DNA of 64,000 nt. Source: Syncephalis fuscata S228 (Eukaryota > Fungi > Zoopagomycota). Positions 40,869-52,646 of the stretch are shown piece after piece. The DNA is taken from assembly GCA_025786725.1 (NCBI GenBank), contig JAHLTZ010000043.1, forward strand, positions 1-64,000, read 5' to 3'. How positions within the stretch are numbered: position 1 is the stretch's first letter; the number at the start of each line of letters is the position of its first letter. A program made the position numbers and the translations under genes. The notes under the pieces were generated by a model. It made no database searches. It was not told the DNA's origin and saw nothing but the letters and a program-made list of their open reading frames with translations.

Positions 40869-43800
40869 TTAATCATCAGCGCTGGTATGACCATTGTGGC
40901 CGCCTGTACGTTTTGCGGAGTGATTACCTCGGCCTTTTTGACGTCCATTCGTTTTGCCGTGATTATTATTCCGTGCCCGTCCCTCTGTGACCATAGACAC
41001 CGTCGTCATTATGACAAGGGGCTTCGTCAGATGGTGGTTCAAAGAATGTGCTGCCACTTACCACCGTTATTCAGAGTATCCATTTTGGATATTGTCGCCT
41101 TTTGGCCTGCCATTAACTAAAATGATGATCACATGTTACAGGTCAGCCATAGGTGATATGTGTGCTACGAAGAGCCGTCATTTGGACTTCGCCTCTGTCC
41201 TTTTTCTATCAACACTTCCTACCTGAAACTTGTCCTTGCACGCTTCATTAAATGCTTCTTCGGTGGCAAATTCGACGTAACAGATCACTTGTTTGGGATT
41301 AGGATCAACGCCGCGCTGGATTTCAATAGACACTGCCTACAATAATGTATTGTACTAACATTAACAATTGCTAATTGTTTGGATTGAATCGCTTGCCTTT
41401 TCATATACATCTCGAACAACCGACTCGTCAATATGATCGCCAATTAAACCTTTAACACAGATGGTGCGTCCCTAGAGTCATCGTCGTCATCATTATTAAG
41501 CAAAATGTTATATAAAACTGTGTTACAGGTACATACTGCATTAATATGGCTTGTTTCCAAGGCTGGACTTGCCGTACGACTATTATTTTCGCTGGCTAGT
41601 CGGCTGCCTCGGTTGCTACCACGACTAGTGCTACGATCGGCCGCAGAGAGTTCGGCCGTCATTGAAACACGAGAGGATGAGCGTTCCTGTGGCACTTGTA
41701 GTGTATTTAAATGTGCATCAGCCTCTTCTTCGTCACGCGTTTCTTCCTTTGCATACAAAGCAGCCCAGATATTATTCTGTACGCTCTTTGAAAACTCCAC
41801 ATCTGATTCTGTAATATTACCATCAGTATCAATAGAATCATTGCCATTCATAGTATTGTTTTCATGGTGATGATTCGACTCTTCGGCATTAAGGAAACGA
41901 GTAATCTGATCTGCCATGGCATCATCAAATGGTATATCAGCTGAATCAATCATTACCAATTCTTCTTCAATCTCCAATTCTTCCTCAATAACTTCATCGT
42001 CGTCATTTTCATGAATAGCTCTTTGCTCAGTAATTTCTTCTTCAATCTCTACTTCATCTTCTTCAAATGAATCATGAATAGCCGGAATGTCCATTTGCAT
42101 AGTAGACATCACTTGCTCAGTTGATCCATTTAAAAATGCCATTTGTTCTGACACCAATTCAGCTACATTCTGTCCATTGCGCTGCATGGCACTTGTTACT
42201 AGATTGGTTATCATTGGACGAAAGGCTGGTGCATCTGAAGACAGTGCCCTTGCCATCGTCGTCATTGCCTCTTCGTGTAGCATATCTATAGGCATATGCT
42301 GTATAAAGTAATTATTACAAACTATTATTGACAATAAAGCTCTAAACATACCGAACCTGTAGCAGCTTGTTGCATCTCTTGTATCATCAACAGCTGCTGT
42401 TGCTCGTGAAAATGCCGTTCATATTCGGCCATCTCATACCGAGTAATTTCATCGCTAATCACATCGGCCGCCTGATCAATTGTCGTCTTTGCAGTTGTAA
42501 TTGTTGTTGTATCTGCCAATTGCTCTACTCCTTCTGTGGCCGGTGCAGTACTCGTTGCCGTTGCGGCATTATCTGGAAGAAGAAAAGAAAGAAAACACGC
42601 AAACAAAACATATTTATGATGTGAGAAAAAGAAAACTCAAACCGGCATGCAGCTATATATTTATTGTCTATGCCGCCAGGATGCCGGTCTCGTCGACCCG
42701 CTTACTTGATTCTTTATGACCGGCCCGGTTAATCTTGACATCGGCACTCTTCAATTTCTATAGTAATATTGTTAATAATAGCCAGGATTTGTTAATAGCA
42801 TCTATTTACCTTGCCCGATAGTTCAAGTGCTTCTGCCAAATAGGCCTCGGAAGTAAATTCAACAAAGCAGAATGGACGCTGACGACCTGTCTTGCGATCA
42901 AACATGAATTTAATATGCACAACCTAAATTTTAAATATGTATAATCAAATAATTAGTATATATTAACTATTAAATAACATTGCTATATTAAATACTTACA
43001 CCTTGGGCACATGGGCCCAAAAAGCCTCGAAGTTCATCTTCCGATACGGTTTCATTAAAGAAATTGCCAATCCATAATGTGCGTGAATTATCCTATCAAT
43101 GTATATTGATATAAATACCTTTACTATTAATATTGCTGTTTAGTAACTTACTTGTTCAACTTCTTCTGAACGATTGGCTGTAGTGCCATTTGCTTCTACA
43201 GCTGTGGTGGCCGTAGTAGCCGTAGCTGTAGTAGTCGTTGTAGCGGCTGTATTGGTAGTGGCCACTGCTGTTGTTACTGCATTATTTGATGGATAGCCAG
43301 ACATACTTGGATCCATGTATTGTTCTAATGGATTGACCATCTCTTGACAGCCAGGTGTATCGGCCCATGATGTTGTGGCCTGTCCCATGGGTGGCAATGA
43401 CATATAAGCCTTGGCTTCAGCATAGACAGCCTGTGTATCGGCGGCCCGTCTCATCTCTGCTGCCGCCTCTTCTTCCCAGCCCATTTGTTGGGCCACCACT
43501 TTATCCGCATCTTGCCATGTCACTTCTTGGTGCATTGACTCTTCGATAAGAGTAACATGGGTCGGTGCTGGCGGTGGTGCTGATGTATCAGCTTGAATAG
43601 GTTGACCTTGACCGTCATACGTAATGGTCGCTGAGGTCATTTGTGCGCCATATCCCCATTGATCGTGATGGCCATTCGACGGCTTCATAACTGCTGCTGC
43701 TGCCACAGCTGCATTAAAATTAGATGCTTCCATTGATGTTACAAGTGTTGGTTGATTGGCCGTTGGATTAACAGCCACGGGTGTGGATCGTACTATTGTA

Positions 43801-46800
43801 TAGCAATAAATAAAGTAATTAGTCATTAATAAGCAGCAACCATTATACTATATACATACCAGCTGGATTCAACTTGATCGTATGTCCTTTCAATGTATTG
43901 CCAGAGTAGTGCATTGCTTGTTCGCGTGCTATAGCAGAGTCAAACTCTACAAAGCAGAAAGCACGTTGACGACCAGTATTACGATCAAACATTAGCTTGA
44001 CATTAACAATCTATCAATTTTATTAGTATTCGTTCTATAGCTATTACTGTTACTATTTAATAACTTACCGAGTTAGATAATGGACCAAAGAATTGTCTAA
44101 TTTCTGATTCTTCCACTGAATCGTTATGGAATCCACCAAGCCATAATGTATTCGGATTTTCTTGCTTTTCCGTTTCAACAACAGGTGCTGGATTGGCCAT
44201 CATTGAATTATTCAACAATGATGCCTGTACTTGACTGGCCATTTGATTTTGCAAGATACGATCCCAGTTCTCTGTATCTTCATTAGAGTAATAGCCATTA
44301 GCTTGCTGCTGTTGCTGCTGCTGCTGCTGTTGTTGTTGTTGTTGCTGTTGCTGCTGCTGTTGTTGTTGTTGTTGTTGTTGAGCCAATTCAGCTTGTACGG
44401 CTTCTATACGGTCATGATCTGCATTGGTCCATTGTGCTTCTTGTACGTGACTTGTAACATTGGATCGTAGATCAATAACTGTTGCTTGATAGACACCATT
44501 ATGACCATTGTTATTGCCACTGCCATCATTGTTATTGCCATCATTGTTATTGTTATTGCTTCTTTGATAGTCATGGCCACTAATGTCATGTCCATTACTT
44601 TGCATAGTAGCCAACAATTCATTATATTCGGTGGCTGTATAGGCTACACTTTGACGTGCTATATAATTGGTCAATGTTAATTCAATAATCTTAATTGTAG
44701 TGTTATTACTTACGGTCACGCTTATTAGCCTGTCGTACCTTTAACGGTACATCATTCATACACTAATAATATGTATTATTAGACTTGGTTTAAGTAATTA
44801 ATATCAACTTACACGACCAGTATAATTCAAAGCTTCTTGAGTTGATTCATCATCAACGAAATCAACAAAACAGAATGGACGCAATGTACGTGTCTGATGA
44901 TCATGCATCAACTTGACCGATGCCACCTAGATAACAATAATATTAATAATAACAATGACTATTGCTGTTGTTATTTACCTTTAATGGTTCAAAGAATTTA
45001 CAAACCATATCTTCAGTTACTTGCATGTTGTATAGACCACCAAGCCATACTCGACGTTCAATCTAAACAACCTTATTAATACAATATAGACAAATATAAT
45101 AAATACATACTGGTTGACTGGTAGTTGTATCCATCAACATTATAGAATGTGCTTGTTGCGATGCAGCGGCTACTGCTCCTCCTTCATTGGATGTAGTTAA
45201 GTGAGGGAATTGGTCTAATACTTCATCAGGTATCGCCGATGTACTCGGGTAGGTCATCGATTTTTCAATATGTTCAGCGGCCCGTTGAATCATATTACGC
45301 TCTTCAGCTTTAATGGCAAAGTATAGCTGGTTACTGCCCGGGGTCATAGGCATAGGATTGGTGCCAGGTCCTTTAATGAGACGGTCGGCCACGCGTTGAT
45401 TAGCAATACGCAGTGTAACTTGCTTATTAGAGATTTGACCGCCATTAAGGGCCAATGCATAGTCACGTGATGCTCTATCGACAAAATTGACAAAACAGAA
45501 TTGACGTACTTTGCCATTGCCATCCATAACAAGATTGACTGATTCAATACCTTTTGTATTCTTGAAATAGTTATAAATATCCTGTTCACTATATTCAAGA
45601 TCATATAGACCACCCATCCATAGAGAAAATGGTGCACCTTCAACAGATGTATCAACCAAGTTATTGTTGTTATTACTAGCACTAATAGTAGTAGCACTGG
45701 TAGTAGTAGTAGTAGTAGGAACTGTAGCGTTAGTAGTATTGCCGTTGCTATTGTTGTTATTGGCTAGATTCGTATTAATAGAAAGTTTGCCTGGAACAAA
45801 TACTGGTGCATTCACATCCATACGGGCTTTAGAAGCTAAATCATTCGAGGCAACATCATTCAAAGTAGTAACGGCATTTGTTAAAGGCAAATTATTACTA
45901 TGTTGATTGATAGTTGTCGTTTGAACAATATTACGATGTTGGTTATTGCTTTGTGTCATATTGGTCGATGTATTAGATGCATAGACTTCTTGTAACAAAG
46001 CAGATGATAAATTAGAGGTAGCCGGTATATCCATCGCAGTTGACGTGGCAATAGTAGTACTATTACCGCTATTATTATTGAATGTATGTGTATTATCCAA
46101 TAGCGGTGTCATGGCCATACGTGCTACAGGCTGTTGAATCGTCGTTGTTTCACTTTGTTGTTGTTGAGTCGATGATTGTGACTGTGTTAATGCGGCAGCC
46201 GCTGCTGCAGCAGTCGTTGCTTGGGCACGTAGATTGGAGTTGGATCCAGTTCTATTGCGGCCCAGTGGTGTACTGCTACGCGATTGCACTGATGCCGGTA
46301 ATTCACCACGGGCTCTTCCCAAAGGCGTACCATTTCTTGATGGCGGTGTAATCTTATTCTCGCCACTTTGACTACCTGAACGCTGTCCACGACGATCACC
46401 GACCGGTGTATTACTACGTGATCGTTGTCCACGGGCCTCTGATAATGGCGTACGGCCACGCTGTAATGGACTATCACGCCCACCACGTACTGTACTCTGT
46501 CGCTTAGGCATACCAGCCTCTTCACGCTGCAGTGCCGTTACTGCTGCAGGTACTGGTGGCACTATTTCTTCTCCTATAAGATTAGAGGAACGATTCATAG
46601 GGATCGGCGTACCTTTACGTGTTAATTTCTCGTGACCATTACTTTTATGATGATGGTTATCACCGTCATTACCTTTATTGTCATGGTCGTCCTCATCATC
46701 GGCTAGCGTAACGGTAATGGCCGTGGGCGGATCAGGGAAGCGTGTCGTGGCTGTAGTTGTGGCCGTTCTATCCGATTCAGTGGTGACCACAATAGTCGTG

Positions 46801-49800
46801 GTTGTTGTCGTGGCTGATGATGTGCCATTACGGGATCGTCGTTGACGTCGTCGATTCTGTTCAGCCATGGTGCCTGCAGTTATCATACGGCCTTCTAGCA
46901 AGTCACCGACACCATCGTCACTACTAGATGGAATATCCGGTGAAGAGGGTGGACTATGTGGATCTGCTTCACTTGACGATTCAATTAATAGTTTGGGTGG
47001 AGCAGATGTGCCATTCGTAGGGGTGGTATGAAGACGAGGTGGACGGACAGTAACTGCCGGTGGTGCAATTGATTCAGATAATGGCGGCAGTGTCTTTTGT
47101 CCTTTAATTCGATGTGAAAAGCTTGTGCCTAATAAATGTATACAGTTATATAGTTATATAGTTATTAGTATTAATGAATATATTAACGTATAACATTAAC
47201 CACTTACCAAAAGATGATGAAAATAGTGAAATCTTATTGTCACCCATCTCTAAAAAGGCTTGACCATGGGCTGCTTCAGGTAAATTCATACACCATAAAT
47301 CTTTAAAGCCACCTTCATCACTTCCTGATGGTAACCAGTGGATGACTTTAAGAGCATAATCAAGTAGAACACGTTGTTGATTACTAATAGCAAATATTGC
47401 TATTAATAACCATGTAAATGATATATTATACTACTTACTTTAATTGTGTTTCAACTTGTTCTTGCACACCACGCCAGATATTAAGCATAGCATCACGGGC
47501 CCGTGTTAATTGTTCACGGAACTCTGTGGCATCTGGATGGACGGCATGAGCAGTGTACATTAGTGGATAACGTGGATGAAGGCCACTTGAAATAGAATAG
47601 TCGGCCTATAATACAATAATATTAATACGCAAATTCATCAATATCTATGTTGTGACTTACTTGAAGGGCCAATGCTAACTGATTAACAAGTGGTTCTTTA
47701 CCCGGCGATGTATGGGTAACTAGTAGTCGTACTTCAGCTGGATTGGCTACTCGGCTTGCCGTTTCCATCAATTCACCCAATTGTAATAAAGAGGTCCACA
47801 TCATACCGCCACCACCGGCCATCGTACCCGCACAAGCTATAACATACTATTAGTACCCACCAACAACAATTACCGATAACTACTTACCGTCACCGTGATC
47901 AAATAGTTTGTGACGAATAATGGATCCACCTAGACCCAATAAACGCAGATGTAGACCACCTAAATCAACTAAATGGGTATTGATTTCATCTAGTATCTTT
48001 AGATTTTTAACAATATAGCCTCCAGATCTAAACTTTTCTAGCACAGCAATATCTTCACAGGCACCCCATGCCACATAGACGGGACGACGGAATCGACGAC
48101 GACCAGAAATATAATCGGTTAATTGAGATAGTTGAAATGGTTGACTTGCTTGTAGTTGCGCCCGTACCAAATCCGGTGACAGCTTCAACATCTCCACTCG
48201 TGTGTTATTTGCTAGAAGTGGCGATGATTGCACCAAATACCGAATTGTACGATAATCAACTCTGTCAAGACTTTCTGGCACAAAGAAGCCAAAATCACCC
48301 GTATGAATGACTGCCGCCGCATTTACTCGATCGGCCAGTTCATCAATCAGCGATAAATTACCGCGGATATCTGCTAGACATAGAATACGTGCATTGCCTG
48401 ATGTACCAATAATTGATGCTGATATATCAGCGCCATTAGACAGTGTTATGGTGGAGTTACGTATGTCATTGCCATTGACGGTAGCCGGAGATGCACTGGC
48501 CCGTTCACCATTCATCGCATTACCGCTTGATAGTGGTGGCATGGCATCTGATGCACCATGTGTCGATCCAGGTGATAAACGACGTGGTGCTGGTCGAGGT
48601 TCAGGTGGATATTCTTCATATTCACGATGCGCTGGATAGCTATACTCATCGTTGGCTGTATTGTTCATTTCATCCATCACAGGACGTGAATACGCAGTGC
48701 CGGATGAATGGCCAGATTCGCCCCAATCAGCAGGCATTGAGTTGTCACGGGTATAATTGGCACCATGTGCATCATTATGACGCCAATGGTTTGTATGTGA
48801 TGGATCTGGCATACGTCGAGGTGAGTCAACGGGTAGATCATGCGTTGAATGGCCAATTTGTTCTGACATAGCAAATGATGTATGGCGTGAATGACCATTC
48901 GTACGTGGTGCGTAGCCAGTCCGTGTGGAATGGTAGGACATACTAGGTGAGATAGAGCGATGAATGGCTGCACCAGCGGCTGCTGCAGCTGATCGACGGC
49001 TTACTAAATAGTAACGCTCACCGTCTGTCGCCATTCTTGACCGGCGTGATAGTGGCGGTGGTTGAGGGAATACACCCATCGATACAGGTCGTGGACGAGT
49101 ACTACTACCACCACCACCACTGCCGGGTAACATGGAAGTAGTATGCATACGCGATGATACTTCTTGACCATGGCGTGACTGTCCTGAATAATGATCATAA
49201 CGATAAACAGGTACTGGACCATAACGTGGATCATGGTCATACCGACTGGATGCATGCCGACTGGATGCATGGCGTGGCATGTCTAGATCATCGCGCGACC
49301 ATTCTCCAGGCCGTCCAGGGACCGCTGGACTTGCTGGATAGGCTGGCGCATGTCCATGTCGTGACGATGATATATATTGCTGTCGTGGTTGACGATAAGC
49401 AACTGAGGTGCGTGTACTTGCTGATGATACATAGCCATCTTCATAATAGGCGGGACGGGCCCGTATATTGGCTTCGTCGTAGTAATCACGCTGACGAGCC
49501 ATAGCCGCATTCTCTTGTACTACTGAGTAGGAGGAGGTACGGCGCATGCCAACTTGTTCATAATTAGAAGGAGAATCGATAGCGGCCGTATTTGGATGGA
49601 TGGCTGCAGCAGCCGGTGGTGGTCGTGCTAATGCTTGCTGGCGCATTGAACGAGTGCCCGACGGATACCGACGTGCCTGCATGTCGTCTTCGGGCCAGCC
49701 TAAATGATATAAATGATATAAAAGATATAAAAGATATAAAAGATATGTTTGATATATAAGTAATATTGGATTGTATATTGATAGTTACTTGCCAGCAGTT

Positions 49801-49820
49801 CTTGCCACACGATGTTCCAT
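40869..49820 (-). CDS. Very large DUF2433-type calcineurin-like phosphoesterase-fold protein with long disordered regions, polyQ and five RRM domains
   Basis: ILCLADIRGN, VIHTGDFGFF, VAWGACED, LLVTHTSPGKEPL, ADYSISSGLH and FKDLWCMNL match the fungal DUF2433 family. The frame continues through RRMs at ~45420-45625, 44720-45062, 43860-44150, 42725-43092 and 41100-41470 (RNP2 LWxGG, RNP1 RxFCFVxF). The first exon (49793-49820) is tentative; the alternative start is 49682. Confidence 0.8.
44302..44380 (-). repeat. CAA/CAG polyglutamine tract in the DUF2433-RRM gene
   Basis: About 26 consecutive Gln in ORF 44057..44719. Confidence 0.9.
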
Positions 49821-52646
49821 AGTTAACGAATTGAAGGCCACAAAGACAGCTTACTATACTTTTAATCATAAACAGTTAATAATTAGTTAATTAATTAATT
49901 AATTAATCAAATAGTTGGTATATGTACAAATATGCAGTATAAGGCTATAACACTGGCCATTAGACTTAAATCTTCGGCCTTTCCTTCCAGTCACACTCAA
50001 TAATAGCCAAATGGCCACTCATATAAATTATTTACTCAACAGGGTAATAAAATTATCCATTGACTCAATAATAGCTATACAACGCCCATTGACTCAATAA
50101 CCGCCACCAATTGCCCATTACTCAACAATAGCTATACAAATAACCACCAACCAATGACTCTGTAATCAACTACTCACAAACCGTCCAATGTCTAAATGTC
50201 ACGCGCGCGGCTATAATACGTAGAGTCCGTAAACGTGAACAAACAATTAAAACGCAAAAGTGGTAAACAATACTAAAGAAAACAGTCGAATGAAATTAAA
50301 GAATAGCTACGAGTATAGTTAGCACTTAAACACGACCAACAAGTAGATGAACCGAGGAAAAGAAAGAGAAGACAACAAATAAGTGAACGAATAAAGAATG
50401 AAAGGCTGTTGCTGTAGTGGTTGGTTATTGCTGTTAACAATCAATGACTATGAAAAGAGAGAGAAAGAGAGAGTAGGACAATTGAGCGTATCAATGTGGT
50501 ATGTGTACTTTGTGCGTCTTTTCTACACATTATAATAAACATAGTGTTCATTGTAATATATCAAGTATATTAATAGCTATTAGCCAATACATGTCACTCA
50601 TTCACACCACACACACACCACTCATTCTGGCTATAATAATGGAGATTACCACATGGATTACACCATGAATGATGCTGTTAATGTTAAGGCTGCTAAGGCT
50701 GAGGAGTAATCACACTAACAACAACAACAATAGCCACGATAATAACAACAACAATAGCCACGATAATAACAATAATAGCCATAGCCACAACACGTGTAAC
50801 AAGGCATACACACGCGTGGGTGCATCTATGTGCTTTTGCAGTGTCTAATGCCAAGGTCCAAGGCGTGTGATGGCCGGTCCGTTCGCCTTTATACTATTAC
50901 TTGCTTCAGTAGGACAAAATAAAAAGGAAATCAAGTACCCAAGCAGCCAAGCAAGCAGATAGATAGATAGATAAACAAGCAGAAAAGCAAGATCCATGCA
51001 GATACACTTATTGGACTCGACTAATGAAGTAAAGTGCCTACCAAATGTAGAGGTTGCCATGCTCGATACTGCACAGTCTTTGTTCATTCTACCATCAAAC
51101 AGTCTTATTCGCGTCTATTTCCCAACGATATGCACATGAACATCGTTCTGTCAAGGCCATATCAATAAAGGGAGGCATTGAAAAGGAGAAATGCGCGTGT
51201 CATGAATAACAAAATAGTCGCTGTTGAAATACTAAAATAAAAACGCCGCCTTAAAAAGAATTTATAATCCGTCATATCAAAATATAAAGTATAATAACAA
51301 GATTGATATACATATCATTAGTATGTTAATTAATATGTTAATTAATTGTAACTAGTGTTATAATATATATATATATATAAAGGTTAAGTTAATCGTCGCT
51401 ATGTGTATTAATAGCCATATAACGCGTATCCTTATTTCAACCAGCGATACTAAAATACAAACCAGTTACTTACCAGTAAAATTAATCGGCAAACGATAAC
51501 GATAACAAGTTAGAATAACAAGTAAAAAGAAAAGTAGTAGAGTAATAAAAATGCCTAGTGTAAATAATACACTACTAATCGTTGCAAATTCGTTGTTGTT
51601 GTTGTTGTTTACCGTCGCTGTAGTAAAAGTAAGAATAGAAGAATAAAAGGAATAGTGGCAACAACTGCTATTTTGTAAAGGATTGCGTCTTAATATACCA
51701 AAGGTTATTGAATAACGGTCACTGGGTATTTCTCTCTCTCGTTACTTGTAAGTGCCGCAGCAAACTATTGTCTTACGTCGTCGTTATCGATACGATGATT
51801 TTCACTGACGACGACAAGGTAAGTGTAGTTTGCTAGGCACTAATTTGTACGGTCACCGCTATCGTACCCGTATAATCAATAAATAGAATGATACGCCGCC
51901 ACTGCACTGCCGTGGCAATAAGCGGCGGACTCGAAGAGGTAGAAAGTAGGTAAAAGTAGACGAGAGATAAAAGTCTGGTAAATATAACAAAGGTCAATGG
52001 TTAGACCCAACCTAAAGTTATTCGGTACTGGCTACCGTTTAGAGATGACAACAGCTGCAACAGCAACAATAACAATAAAGAAGAAGAAGAAGTACGCGAG
52101 AATTGAAAGAAAAGAGCTACAACAGTGAAAAGTAGTTGAATCTCAACCAGTATAAGTGTCGGTGATTTAAAAGGAAAAAGGATGCCGCTATTTAGTATAA
52201 CGGGAAATGCCAATTGAGCGGAGAAAATGGATATGCCATACGAGATGAATGTCAACACTCTTTATAAACTATTGGGTCAGTGTAATTTGTACATTTACTA
52301 CATTTGTATATCTATTCAATCTATACATCTACTATATGAATGCTTTTACGTAGTTAAAAGTGACCTTTGAGTCAAAGGTGCGTAACGTTGTACATATGGC
52401 GTAATGGTGAACTACACTAGTAAATATCATTTCTATTACTTATAAGTCATTCCATTATAAGCACTGTCATAGACGTCTACTATATTATAATATATTGTAT
52501 AGCAATTTCATGGTGGCAATAGTATTTATTTGATATAATAATAATAGTTTTAATAAAAAGTAACCATTTGCATTATTGTTATTGCTGTTAATCTTGTTTT
52601 TGTCATGGTGGTTAAGCCACTGGACTGAACTTCGGCCTTTGACTCG

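Noticed and set aside
41120-41222. Intronic box C/D snoRNA
   Set aside because: Box C match is poor (ATGACGG) and the spacing to CTGA is too short.
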